From the NCBI GenBank assembly GCA_964202905.1, contig CAXNJO010000019.1, forward strand, positions 1 through 25,879: 25,879 nucleotides of DNA, read 5' to 3'. Each line of letters begins with the position of its first letter. The stretch's first letter is position 1. The notes beneath the pieces were generated by a model. The model had not been told where the DNA came from. It did no database searches and was given only the letters and a program-made list of their open reading frames with translations. Below, piece by piece: positions 1 to 9,689 of the stretch. Source of the stretch: Polyangiales bacterium. Its GTDB lineage: Bacteria > Myxococcota_A > Polyangia > Polyangiales > JADJQN01. The position numbers were made by a program, and so were the translations under genes.

Positions 1-2
1 CG

Positions 3-1349
3 GCCTTCGAGGCGGTGTGGCCCCCGCTCGCCGAGCGCATCTCGCCGAGCGTGCGCGCGGTCGTCCTGCTCGACGAGAGCGGCAACGCGCTCGGCTACTC
101 GGCCCGCGCGAGCGAGGCCGCGAAGCAGGATTTCCTCAAGGTGCTGGTCGAGCGCATCCTGCCGGACCTCGAGCTCGAGCGGCAGCCGCCCGGCCGACTC
201 AAGCACCTGCACCGCTCCTACGGCGGCCACAACTACCTGATCTCCTACGAGGCGCGCGTCGTCGAGGGGCGGCGCTACTACGTGCTCGCGCACCACGACA
301 CCGGCTACCTCGTGCGCGAGGTGCTCCCGCAGCTCTTCGCGAACGAGGACGGGCGCCAGCTCTACAACGTCGTCGACGAGGACAACCGCCGCATCTTCGG
401 CCCGAGCCTCGCGCGCGCAGGCGACTACCTCGTCGGGCGCCGCTTCCCGACGACGCTCTACCAGTGGCGCCTGCAGGTCGCGCCCGAGCAGGCGCCGCTG
501 CTCGAGCAGCGCGGGCGCACGCGCCGCGTGAACGAGGTCGGCCTCATCGGGCTTTCTTTCTTCATCATCCTCGCGGGCCTCGTCTTCTTCGTCTACGCGG
601 CCGAGCAGGAGCGGCGCCTCAACGAGCTGAAGAGCGAGTTCATCGCCAACGTCTCGCACGAGCTGAAGACGCCGCTCTCGGTCGTGCGGATGTTCGGCGA
701 GATGCTCCTCACCAAGCGCGTGCGGAGCCCCGAGAAACAGCAGGAATATCTCGAGATCATCTGCCGCGAGTCCGAGCGCCTGACCGCGCTGATCGAGAAC
801 GTGCTCGACTTCGCGGCCCTCGAGCGCGGCAAGGTCCGCTACGATTTGCGCGCCCGCGACGTCGGCGAGGTGGTCTCACGCGCGATCGAGACCTTCCGCT
901 ACCGCATCGAGCAGGAGGGCACGGAGGTCCACCTCGAGCGGCGCGGCGCGAGCGAGCCCGTCGCGCTGGACGAGCAGGCGATCCTGCTCGCGGTGATCAA
1001 CCTGCTCGACAACGCCGTGAAATACGGCGCGGGCTCCGCCGTCGAGGTCACGGTCGAGAGCCTCCCGCGCGAGGTGCAGGTGCGCGTCCGCGACCGCGGC
1101 CCCGGCATCCCGGGGAAGGATCTCGAGCGCGTGTTCGAGCGTTTCTACCGCGCGCGGGGCACGACGGCGCGCGGCTCGGGCATCGGCCTCTCGCTCGTGA
1201 AACACATCGCGGAGGCGCACGGCGGGCGCGCATGGGCGGAGCAGGCAGAGGGCGGCGGGGCGGTCGTCGCGTTCGCGCTCCCACGCAGCCGGCCGTCGCG
1301 GACCGCCGCGGCCCCGACGGCGGGCGCCGAGGGCGCGGGCGTCGTTTGA
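3..1349 (+). CDS. Membrane sensor histidine kinase (HisKA + HATPase_c), 5'-truncated by the window edge
   Basis: H-box EFIANVSHELKTPLS, N-box NLLDNAVKY, G1 DRGPGI, F-box VFERFYR, G2 GSGIGLSLVKHI; TM helix VGLIGLSFFIILAGLVFFVYAA. The frame is open back to position 3, so GTG 15 is probably not the true start. Confidence 0.95.
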   Translation, partial: AFEAVWPPLAERISPSVRAVVLLDESGNALGYSARASEAAKQDFLKVLVERILPDLELERQPPGRLKHLHRSYGGHNYLISYEARVVEGRRYYVLAHHDTGYLVREVLPQLFANEDGRQLYNVVDEDNRRIFGPSLARAGDYLVGRRFPTTLYQWRLQVAPEQAPLLEQRGRTRRVNEVGLIGLSFFIILAGLVFFVYAAEQERRLNELKSEFIANVSHELKTPLSVVRMFGEMLLTKRVRSPEKQQEYLEIICRESERLTALIENVLDFAALERGKVRYDLRARDVGEVVSRAIETFRYRIEQEGTEVHLERRGASEPVALDEQAILLAVINLLDNAVKYGAGSAVEVTVESLPREVQVRVRDRGPGIPGKDLERVFERFYRARGTTARGSGIGLSLVKHIAEAHGGRAWAEQAEGGGAVVAFALPRSRPSRTAAAPTAGAEGAGVV

Positions 1350-1374
1350 CAAGGCGCGCGCGCCCCGGTACGCC
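1346..1374 (+). promoter_or_regulatory. Possible sigma70-type internal promoter for the response regulator
   Basis: Perfect TTGACA (1346-1351, overlapping the kinase stop), 17-nt spacer, weak -10 TACGCC (1369-1374), ATG at 1384. Confidence 0.35.
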
Positions 1375-1383
1375 GCGACGCTG

Positions 1384-2082
1384 ATGGCAGCCCCGACCGC
1401 GCCGCGCACGGTCCTCGTCGTCGAGGACGACGCCCCGCTCGCGATGGGCCTCTGCGACACGCTCGAGTTCGAGGGGTTCCGCGTCGTGCACGCGGCGACG
1501 GGACGGGACGGCGTGCACCAAGCGCGCGAGGCGCACCCGGACGTCATCATCCTCGACCTGATGCTGCCGGACATCAACGGCTACCAGGTCTGCGCCGACA
1601 TCCGCCGCAGCGATCCGCGCGTCCCCATCGTGATGCTCACCGCGCGCAGCCTCGAGTCGGACAAGATCCGCGGGCTCGACGCCGGCGCCGACGACTACGT
1701 GACCAAGCCCTTTTCCGTCGGCGAGCTGGTCGCGCGCGTGCGGGCCGTGCTGCGCCGGGTCTCGCGCGTGCTGCCCGACGCCGCGAGCTTCCCGATCGGC
1801 GACGCGCTGATCGACCCCGCGGGCCACACGCTCACGCGCGGCGCCGAGGTGCTCGACCTCTCCTTCTACGAGGTCGAGCTGCTCAAGCTGCTGCACGAGC
1901 GCGCGGCGCAGGCGGTCTCGCGCGAAGAGCTCCTCGACAAGATCTGGGGCGTCGAGGCGAGCCCGACGAACCGCACCGTCGACAATTTCGTCGTCAAACT
2001 CCGCAAGAAAATCGAGGCCCACCCGGACAAGCCACGCCACATCCTCACGGTGTACGGCTACGGCTACAAGCTGGTGCCCTGA
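1384..2082 (+). CDS. OmpR/PhoB-family DNA-binding response regulator
   Basis: Receiver motifs VLVVEDD, IILDLMLP (phospho-Asp), MLTA, KPF; winged-helix C-terminus SREELLDKIWG...RTVDNFVVKLRKKIE...TVYGYGYK; adjacent to the kinase. Confidence 0.96.
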   Translation: MAAPTAPRTVLVVEDDAPLAMGLCDTLEFEGFRVVHAATGRDGVHQAREAHPDVIILDLMLPDINGYQVCADIRRSDPRVPIVMLTARSLESDKIRGLDAGADDYVTKPFSVGELVARVRAVLRRVSRVLPDAASFPIGDALIDPAGHTLTRGAEVLDLSFYEVELLKLLHERAAQAVSREELLDKIWGVEASPTNRTVDNFVVKLRKKIEAHPDKPRHILTVYGYGYKLVP

Positions 2083-2160
2083 CGCGGCCGCGCGCCCGCA
2101 TCGCCGTCGCGCCGCCGAGCGCGCTTCCGATCTCCCGGGGGCTCCCGTAAGATGCGCGCC

Positions 2161-3876
2161 ATGGGGCGCCGCTTTCTTCCCTTCCGCCAGTTGTTCACGC
2201 TGCTCTGCGCGCTCGCGCTCACGTCGTGTCTCGCCGAGCCCGCCACGAGCGTCGCGCTGCGCCTCGACGACCCGCTGGGGATCTTCGACGACGGCGTGAC
2301 CCTGATGCCCGCGGAATTGCGCGTCCTCGTGCTCCCGGAGCGCGCCTGCGACGCCGCCACCGGACGCGTCACCCCGGAGCCGAGCACCGCGCCCGGCGCC
2401 GCCATCGAGGAGGCGCTCGTCGACCTCACCATCCCGCTCGGCGAGCGCACGGGGCAGCGCGTCGAGGTGCCGCCCGGTACGTACACGATCGTCGTGCGCG
2501 GGCGCGGCACGGACCGCGTCACGACCGAGCCGAACCGGGTCATCGCCTCCGGCTGCGCGACGGAATCCATCACCGCCGGCGGCACGAAGGGCGTCGCCAT
2601 CACGATGCGCGAGGTGACCGGCATGGGCACCTGCGGCAACAGCATCGTGAGCCCCGACGAGCAGTGCGACGACGGCAACACCGCCGCGGGCGACGGCTGC
2701 AGCGCCGCCTGCCAGACGGAGGCCATCGCGATCAACCTGAACGACACCGACGCCGTCCAGAAGGGCGCGTCGGTCGGCTGGGGCGCGGGCCCGGGCGACG
2801 CGGGACGCGCGATCGTGGCCTTCCAGACGGATACGTCGGGCTTCGGGCTCGGGATGCGCTTCCTCGACGACGTCGGCGCGCCCCTCGCGTCGCCGCTGGA
2901 CCGCGACGTCGTCGCCGACAACCGCGCGGGCGCGCAGCTCGACGTGGCGGTCGCGGTCGGCGGCGGGCGCGTGCTGCTCGCCTATCAGGACGCGTTCCCG
3001 AACGAGCCCGCGAGCGACGTCCGCGTGCGCAGTTTCCGCGTCGACGCGCCGAGCGTCGGTGGCACGGCCTCGACGGAGGCGACGCTCGCGACCGAGGCGG
3101 CACCCGCGCTCATGGCGGGCCCGGCCTCGATGGGCCGCCAGGCGGCGCCGAGCGTCGCCGTGCGGTCGGACGGGACGGGCCTCGTCGTCTTCGAGGATCC
3201 GCAGTCGCCCACCGGCATGAGCGGGCGCGTGTACGCCCCGACCGCGACCGTCGGCAGCGGCATGGGCGCGTTCGTCGTCGGCGCGGGCGCGACGGGCGGT
3301 CGCGGCCCCGTGGCCGCGGCGACCGCCACCGGGTTCGTCGTCGCCTACGTCGCGGGTGCGGCCGTGTTCGCGCAGCCGATCGACGCCGCGGGCGTGGCCG
3401 GGACCCCCGTGATGATCGCGACGCGCACCGGTTCGCCGGAGCCGCGCGTCGCGATCGGCGCGCTGACGACCTGCCCCGCGACCGGCGCATGCGCGCTCGT
3501 GGCCTGGGAGGACGCCGCCGCAGACACCGGCCTGAACGCCACGCTCGTCGCGGGCGACGGCAGCGCCGTGGGCGCCGTGTTCCCCGTGGTGGGCGGCGCG
3601 GGAGACGAGCGCGAGCCCGCCGTCACGGGCGGCGCCGACCGCTTCGTCGTCGCGTGGACGGCGCCCGACGGCGTGCGTGCGCGTCTCTTCGGCCCGGACG
3701 GCGCGGCCGCCTTGAACCGCGAGCGGCCCTCGACCAGCGACGCCTTCCTCGTCGGTCCCGGCGGCAGCGCGCCCGCGGTCGCTGCGGGCGGGCGCGGCCG
3801 CAACTACGTCGTCGCGTTCAGCGACCCGGCGCAGGACCCGGCCGGCGGCATCCGCGGTCGCACGCTGCCCTTCTGA
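2161..3876 (+). CDS. Lipoprotein with one Myxococcus cysteine-rich repeat (DUF4215-like) and beta-rich C-terminal repeats
   Basis: Signal peptide with lipobox LTSC; motif CGNSIVSPDEQCDDGNTAAGDGCSAACQ; repeated P-x-V-A...F-x-V-A-W/F/Y blades. Start placed at ATG 2161 because ATG 2152 overlaps a TAAGAT -10 box. Confidence 0.85.
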   Translation: MGRRFLPFRQLFTLLCALALTSCLAEPATSVALRLDDPLGIFDDGVTLMPAELRVLVLPERACDAATGRVTPEPSTAPGAAIEEALVDLTIPLGERTGQRVEVPPGTYTIVVRGRGTDRVTTEPNRVIASGCATESITAGGTKGVAITMREVTGMGTCGNSIVSPDEQCDDGNTAAGDGCSAACQTEAIAINLNDTDAVQKGASVGWGAGPGDAGRAIVAFQTDTSGFGLGMRFLDDVGAPLASPLDRDVVADNRAGAQLDVAVAVGGGRVLLAYQDAFPNEPASDVRVRSFRVDAPSVGGTASTEATLATEAAPALMAGPASMGRQAAPSVAVRSDGTGLVVFEDPQSPTGMSGRVYAPTATVGSGMGAFVVGAGATGGRGPVAAATATGFVVAYVAGAAVFAQPIDAAGVAGTPVMIATRTGSPEPRVAIGALTTCPATGACALVAWEDAAADTGLNATLVAGDGSAVGAVFPVVGGAGDEREPAVTGGADRFVVAWTAPDGVRARLFGPDGAAALNRERPSTSDAFLVGPGGSAPAVAAGGRGRNYVVAFSDPAQDPAGGIRGRTLPF

Positions 3877-3931
3877 CGGCGCCGGGTTCGTGGCCGCGAG
3901 GCGGCGGTCCGGCGCACGCGGCCCGCAAGCC

Positions 3932-3960
3932 TTGACCGCCCCACCGGGGGCCGTTATGAC
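3932..3960 (+). promoter_or_regulatory. Putative sigma70-type promoter upstream of the membrane protein / DEAD-box helicase pair
   Basis: TTGACC (3932-3937) - 17 nt - TATGAC (3955-3960) in intergenic DNA. Confidence 0.45.
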
Positions 3961-4039
3961 GCCGCGCGGGGTTCGGCTTCGCGAAGCGCGCCGTCCGCCG
4001 GTCTCCGGCACCCACCGCGCGAGGAACGAGACACTGTCG

Positions 4040-4645
4040 GTGGTCGAAAGCACGGCCGAGAACGCAGCGAACGAGTCGTCCAGGGCGGAGTCCTCGGCAC
4101 CGCGCGCGGCTGCGTCTACGGCGGCGGACGCCACGGCATCGACCGCGGCGGGGTCTTCGCCCGCAGGCGCCTCCGGAGGGGGCCCCCTCCCCGCCGGGCG
4201 CGATGCGCAGGGAAGCCCTGCGGGCCGCCGCGCCGGGCTCATCGTGTATTGGCTCCTCATCGCCTTCGTGATCGGCTTCGGCGTGCGGTCGATCACGCTG
4301 CGCGTGTTCTGGCCCCCCGCCGCCGTGGACGCGCCCGGGGCCGCGCCGCCCCCCGCTGCAAGCTGCCGCGCGGGCCTCGAGTCGCTCGCCGAGTCCCTGC
4401 GCGGCTTCGCCTCGCGCGCCGCCGCTGCCCCGAGCGCGCCCCTCGACCGCGACGCCTTCTTCGCCGCATGGGATCTGCGCTACCATGCGCTCGCGCCGCG
4501 CTGCGACGGGGACGCCGCACGCGCCGCCCACGGCACCCTCGCCCGCTACCGCTTCTCGCTCGAGCAATCGCTCGAGCGCCACCGACGCGAAGAGACCGAA
4601 CTCTCGCGTGACCTCGACGCGCGCCTCACCGCGCTGCGCCCGTAA
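4040..4645 (+). CDS. Hypothetical single-pass membrane protein (start uncertain)
   Basis: Low-complexity A/S N-terminus, TM segment LIVYWLLIAFVIGFGVRSITLRVF, helical C-domain with two Cys; GC3-rich codons; GAGGA at 4021-4025; stop TAA 4645. Confidence 0.7.
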   Translation: MVESTAENAANESSRAESSAPRAAASTAADATASTAAGSSPAGASGGGPLPAGRDAQGSPAGRRAGLIVYWLLIAFVIGFGVRSITLRVFWPPAAVDAPGAAPPPAASCRAGLESLAESLRGFASRAAAAPSAPLDRDAFFAAWDLRYHALAPRCDGDAARAAHGTLARYRFSLEQSLERHRREETELSRDLDARLTALRP

Positions 4646-4666
4646 ATCTTCCCTCCAGAGAGAACC

Positions 4667-6972
4667 ATGACCTCGCCGTCCACCGCCCAGGACTCCGCCA
4701 GCACGCCGGTGTCCGCTCCCCCCACCTTCGACCTCCTCCCGCTGAGCCCCGATACGCGCCGCGCCATCGACGAGATGGGTTTCGTCACGCCGACCCCCGT
4801 CCAGATCGAGTCGTTCGGCCCCGCGGTCGCCGGCCGCGATCTCATCGTGCAGGCGCGGACGGGCACGGGGAAGACGGCCGCCTTCGGCCTGCCCCTCGTC
4901 GATCGCCTCGTCGCCCCCGAGCCACGCGTGCAGGCCCTCATCCTCGCCCCGACCCGCGAGCTGGCGCTCCAGAGCGCGCGCGAGATCGAGCGCATCGGCA
5001 AGCACAGGGGCTTGCGCACGGCGGCCGTGTACGGCGGTGCGCCGATGGAGCGACAGGTCCACGAGCTCGCGAGCGGCGCGCAGATCGTCAGCGGCACGCC
5101 CGGGCGCGTCCTCGATCACCTGAACCGAGGGACGCTCGACGCGCGCGGCCTCAAGGTGCTCGTCCTCGACGAAGCCGACGAGATGCTCTCGATGGGCTTC
5201 GCGCGCGAGCTGCTCGCGATCCTCGAGAAGCTCCCGAAGGAGCGTCAGACCTGGTTCTTCAGCGCCACGATCGAGAGCGACGTGCAGCGCATGGCGGACC
5301 GCCACCTGCGCGATCCGCACCTCGTCGCGCTGTCGAGCGACGCCGTGGGCGCCGCGACGATCTCGCACTTCATGTACCCCGTGAGCGGACTCGACCGCAC
5401 GGGCGACCTGCGCCGCATCCTCGAGATCGAGGACCCCGAGAGCGCGATCGTCTTCTGCAACACGAAGATGGAGACCGAGCGGGTCGCACAGGAGTTGCAG
5501 CAGGCGGGCTTCGACGCTGACTGGCTCAACGGCGACCTCCCGCAGAACGAGCGCGAAAAGGTGATGCTCCGCACGCGCGAGGGGCGCCTCCGCTTCCTCG
5601 TCGCGACCGACGTCGCGGCGCGCGGGATCGACATCTCGCACCTCACGCACGTCATCAACTACGCGCTGCCGCTCGCGAGCGAGCAGTACGTGCACCGGAC
5701 CGGGCGCACCGGGCGCGCGGGGCGCACGGGCACGGCGATCTCGCTCGTCGGGCCCAAGGAGATCGGCGCGCTCTACTATCTGCGCCTGCAGTACAAAATC
5801 TTTCCGGTCGAGCGCTCGCTGCCCTCCGTGGGCGAGCAGCGCACGCGCCTCGAGGCCGACCGGCTCGCGATGGTCGCGGACGTGTTCCCCGGCGAGCCCG
5901 CCGAGGTCGATCGCGCGCTCGCCCGCCGCATCCTCACGCACGCGAACGCCGAGCGCCTGCTCGCGGGGCTGCTGGCGTCGTTCTTCGGCGCGCGCGGCGA
6001 GGACGTCGACGAGCAGGCCGCCGCGGCGCGCCGTGCGCGCCCGCCAGCGCCGATGCCCCGCGAGGAGTCACCGCGCCGCGCACGCGCCGAGCGCCCAGAG
6101 CGCCTGCGCGAACCGCGCGCAGAACGTCCCGAGCGCACAGAGCGCATGCGCGAACCGCGCGCAGACCGTCCCGAGCGCGCAGACCGTCCCGAGCGCACAG
6201 ACCGTCCCGAGCGCACAGAGCGCACGCGCGAACCGCGCGCAGAGCGCAGCGAGCCCCGCGCAGACGTCAGTGATCTTCGTGCAGAGCGCAGCGAGCCCGC
6301 GGACGTCAGTGATCGCGCCGCGAGCCCCGCGCAGACGTCAGTGATCTTCGTGCAGAGCGCAGCGAGCCCGCCGACCCGGCGCCGCGCGTGCGCGAGCCCC
6401 GCGCGGAGCGCAGCGACTCCGCGGAGCGACGCGTCCGCGAGCCGCGCGCAGACCGCGCGCCTACGCCCGACGCCGACACCGACACCGCCGAACATGCGCC
6501 TCGCCCCGAGCGGCTCCCGCGGCGACGCCGCGAGACCTCAGCCGGTCGGCCCTCCGACGCGACGACGGTCGTCCTCGATCCGGGCGCCGAGCCTGCGTTC
6601 GCGGAGGACGAGCGCACGACGCGCATGCCCGGCCTCTCGCCCGAGCCCGACCCGACCCAGCCCGGCGCCCCCGCACCCGCCGGTGCGAGCGCAGAGTCCG
6701 GCGCGGGACCGTCCGAGGAGGAAGAGGGCATGTCGACCCTCTACCTCGGCGTCGGCCGCCGCGACAACGTTCGTCCGGGCGAGATCGCGCGCCTCCTCCG
6801 CGAGGGCGCCGCGCTCGAGCGCGAGGAGATCGGGCGCATCCGCATCCGCGACAAGCACACCTTCGTCGGCGTGCCGACGGACAAGATCGCGGCAGTCGCC
6901 GCGGCCTTGAACGGCCAGACATTCCTCGAGCGGTCGCTCCTCGCCGAGCCCGCTCGGGCACCGCGCGCCTGA
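4667..6972 (+). CDS. DEAD-box RNA helicase, DeaD/CsdA-like with C-terminal DbpA RNA-binding domain; frameshifted at ~6313-6322
   Basis: Q motif GFVTPTPVQ, ARTGTGKT, PTRELA, TPGRV, DEAD, SAT, TDVAARGID, HRTGRTGRAG in frame 4667. The DbpA-like domain (TLYLGVGRRDNVRPGEI...IGRIRIRDKHTFVGV) is in the frame of ORF 6388..6972. The frame switch lies between two 52-bp repeats. Confidence 0.93.
6075..6450 (+). repeat. Coding tandem/degenerate repeats giving an R/E/D/P-rich linker (ERPER, REPRA, DRPER)
   Basis: 18-bp unit cagaccgtcccgagcgc(g/a) x3 at 6162-6215; recurring cgcgaaccgcgcgcaga; perfect 52-bp direct repeat at 6249-6300 and 6320-6371. Confidence 0.9.
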
Positions 6973-6977
6973 GCGCC

Positions 6978-7562
6978 GTGCGCGCGCGGAACCGGGTCCT
7001 CCTCGGCCTCCTCCTGCTCGGCCTCGGAGCGGGCCCGGTCGCCTGTGGCCGCGCCGCCGAGCCCCCACCCGCGGAGCCGGCGATCCCGCGGACCGCACCC
7101 GCCGAGCAGGCGCCCTCGGTCGCCGCTCCGCGCCCCGCGAACCCGCCCCGGTGGATCGACCCGATGCGCCCGCATCCGAGCGAGGCGCGCTTCCCGATGG
7201 CGCACGTCGAGGAGGGTCCCCTCACCGTGACCGACGCGGTCACGACGCCCGCGGCGCCTGCGCCGCCGGTCCGCGACCTCGACGCCGAGTTGCGCGGGCA
7301 CGCGGGTGACGTCGCGTCCTGCGTCCCGGCCGCCGAGATCGCAGCGCTTCCGCCGCAGGTCGCCATCGATCTCGAGGCCACGATCGTCGAGAGCGGCATC
7401 GTGTCGCGCGCGGCCGCCCGCAGCGCCACGCTCTCCCCGGCAGCCGTCGCCTGCGTCCGCGCGCGGATCGACGCGGCGCGCTTCTTGGCCCCGGTCCCCG
7501 GCGCGCCGCGCACCGCCAGCACCCGCATCGCGCTGGACCGGCAGCCAGCGCCTCCGCGCTGA
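6978..7562 (+). CDS. Pro-rich lipoprotein with C-terminal AgmX/PglI (TonB-C-like) domain
   Basis: Signal peptide ending PVAC-G; Pro-rich linker; C-terminus helix-Cys(ASCV)...IVESGIVSRA...VACVRARIDAARF matches my recollection of the myxobacterial TonB-C-like pattern. Confidence 0.7.
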   Translation: MRARNRVLLGLLLLGLGAGPVACGRAAEPPPAEPAIPRTAPAEQAPSVAAPRPANPPRWIDPMRPHPSEARFPMAHVEEGPLTVTDAVTTPAAPAPPVRDLDAELRGHAGDVASCVPAAEIAALPPQVAIDLEATIVESGIVSRAAARSATLSPAAVACVRARIDAARFLAPVPGAPRTASTRIALDRQPAPPR

Positions 7563-7674
7563 GCCTCACGCATCGAGCCGCGGTGCGCGCGAGCACGCAC
7601 GCGTCCCCGCGCGTTCGCCCCCGCGGGCGTCGCGATCCCTCGTGCTCGCCGCGCGCCTCCGATACGCTCACCGC

Positions 7675-9633
7675 ATGCGCTTCGCTTGGCTGCTCGTGGT
7701 CGCCTCGTCGCTCGCAGTCCCCCTCTCGGCGTGCGGCACCGACGCGCGCATCGAGATGCCGCCTCCGATGCCCCCGGACGAGCCGAACTACGGCAGCCCC
7801 TGCAGCGGCGCGGGGGACTGCGTCGGGGGACTCGGCTGCGCGGACGTCGTGCCCGGCGGCCTCTGCACGGCCATCTGCCTGGACGCGGCGTGCCCCGGCG
7901 ACGGGCGCTGCGAGTCGTTGTTCGGGACGCCGCTCTGCCTCGGCCCGTGCGTCTCCGCCGAGGACTGCGGGCGCGACGAACTGCAGTGCTACGGCGGCGT
8001 CTGCACCGCCCGCTGCACGGCCGACGCGGACTGCCGCGACGGCGCGCTCTGCAACGACGGACAATGCACCGGCGGCGCGTGCACACGCGATGAGGAGTGC
8101 GGTGCGCGGGGCGTCTGCACGGCGGGGCGCTGCGCGACCCGGCCGATCGGCGGCGAGGGCGCCGCGTGCGGCGACGCGACCGACTGCGAAGCGGCGCTCG
8201 TCTGTCTTCCGCCCGCGGCCGGCGGCGTGTGCGCGCGCCGCTGCACAGACTCGACCGCCTGCGGCGACCTCTTCTCGCTCGTCTGCGCGCCCATCGCGGT
8301 CGACACGGACAGCGACGCGAGCCCGGACACCATCGCCTCCGCATGCACCGAGTACGCCACGGCCGACGGCACGCTCGGCAGCGCGTGCACGAGCGCCGCG
8401 CAGTGCGCGACGCGCGCGTGCGTCGCAGGCGAGTGCACGCAGGTGTGCGACGACGCAGGGGACTGCCTCCGCGGCCACGAGTGCCTCACCGGACGCACGC
8501 TCCCCGGCGCGGCCGGCACCTTCTCCGGCTGCGGCTACAGCCCTGTCGCGGCGCCGGCCCTGGTCGACGTGCCGCTCGGCACGCCGCGCCTCAGCGCCGT
8601 CGGCACCACGGCCGACTTCGTCTTCGCGGTGCCCGACGACGCGGTCAGCGTCACGCTCATCGCACGGCAGACATCGGGCGCGACGCCGCTCCCCGTCACG
8701 TTCATCGACGTCGTCTCGCCGACGCGGGAGGCGCTCTTCTCGCTCGAGCAGATCGGCCGCTGGATGGACACGCCCGTGCGCTGGCTGCCCTCCGAGACGG
8801 AACAGGTCGCGGCCATGCTCATCCCGAACAGCACGGCCGAGCGCATCGCGTTCCGAGGCGGCCGCCACACCGTGAACGTCGCGCTCTTCCAGCGCTTCGC
8901 CGGGGACGCGGCGGCGGAGACCTTCGAGGTGCTCGCGCGGGTCAAGCGGGCGCCCGGCGCGCGCGTCGCGAGCGGAACCCTCGATCTGAACGTCTTCTGT
9001 GCGACGACCGGGATCACGGCCGCGAACGCGCCGACCAGCTCGCGCCTCTCGCAGGCGCTCGACGCGTTCGCGACGATCTACGCGACGCGCGGGATCACGC
9101 TCGGCACCGTGCGTTACATCGACGTCGCGGCGACGAGCTTCCGCGTGATCGACTCCGTCGACGGCCCGACGAGCGAGCTCTCGCGGCTCTTCGCGCTGAG
9201 CGCGGGGCGCACGGAGACGGCCATCAACGTCTTCCTCGTCGACGCGATCAACGGCACGCGCGACGGCTTCACGACGCTCGGGATCGCGGGCGGCATCCCC
9301 GGGCCGCCGGCCACGCACGGCACGATCCACAGCGGCGTCGTCGTCACGTTCCCCGCCGCGGCCATCGGTACCCCGGCGAACGTCGGCGAGACGCTCGCGC
9401 ACGAGCTCGGCCACTTCCTCGGGCTCTTCCACAACACCGAGAGCGCCCGACCGTGCGCTGTCGGCGTCGGTCCGACCGCGAGCGCCCCGTGCGCGCCCTT
9501 CGGGGGCGGCGACGTGCTCGCCGACACGACGCTCGGCGACATGCGGAACCTGATGTACTGGGCGGCGACCGGCGGCACGACGCTCTCGCCGGGCCAGGGT
9601 TATGTGATGCTGCGCAGCGCCATCGTGCGCTGA
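7675..9633 (+). CDS. Lipoprotein with nine 4-Cys modules and C-terminal metzincin (M43/pappalysin-like) zinc metallopeptidase domain
   Basis: Lipobox LSAC after MRFAWLLVVASSLAVP; 36 further Cys in the N-terminal third; zinc motif TLAHELGHFLGLFH; Met-turn NLMYW; INVFLVD strand. Start at ATG 7675, not 7306. Confidence 0.88.
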   Translation: MRFAWLLVVASSLAVPLSACGTDARIEMPPPMPPDEPNYGSPCSGAGDCVGGLGCADVVPGGLCTAICLDAACPGDGRCESLFGTPLCLGPCVSAEDCGRDELQCYGGVCTARCTADADCRDGALCNDGQCTGGACTRDEECGARGVCTAGRCATRPIGGEGAACGDATDCEAALVCLPPAAGGVCARRCTDSTACGDLFSLVCAPIAVDTDSDASPDTIASACTEYATADGTLGSACTSAAQCATRACVAGECTQVCDDAGDCLRGHECLTGRTLPGAAGTFSGCGYSPVAAPALVDVPLGTPRLSAVGTTADFVFAVPDDAVSVTLIARQTSGATPLPVTFIDVVSPTREALFSLEQIGRWMDTPVRWLPSETEQVAAMLIPNSTAERIAFRGGRHTVNVALFQRFAGDAAAETFEVLARVKRAPGARVASGTLDLNVFCATTGITAANAPTSSRLSQALDAFATIYATRGITLGTVRYIDVAATSFRVIDSVDGPTSELSRLFALSAGRTETAINVFLVDAINGTRDGFTTLGIAGGIPGPPATHGTIHSGVVVTFPAAAIGTPANVGETLAHELGHFLGLFHNTESARPCAVGVGPTASAPCAPFGGGDVLADTTLGDMRNLMYWAATGGTTLSPGQGYVMLRSAIVR

Positions 9634-9689
9634 CGTCGACACCCCGGCCGACCGTGCGCCCGGCCGCCGCGCGGCGTACCCTCGCCCCG

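Noticed and set aside
1048..4296. Very long antisense and alternate-frame ORFs (1082 aa here; also 3818..5941, 7240..9642, 15190..17184 and others)
   Set aside because: R/A/G/P-rich shadow ORFs expected at this GC content, overlapping genes with clear family motifs.
8097..9689. N-terminal 531 aa of the 819-aa ORF as a fusion to the SDR
   Set aside because: Off-frame shadow of the metalloprotease gene; the SDR starts at ATG 9690 with its own -10-like box.
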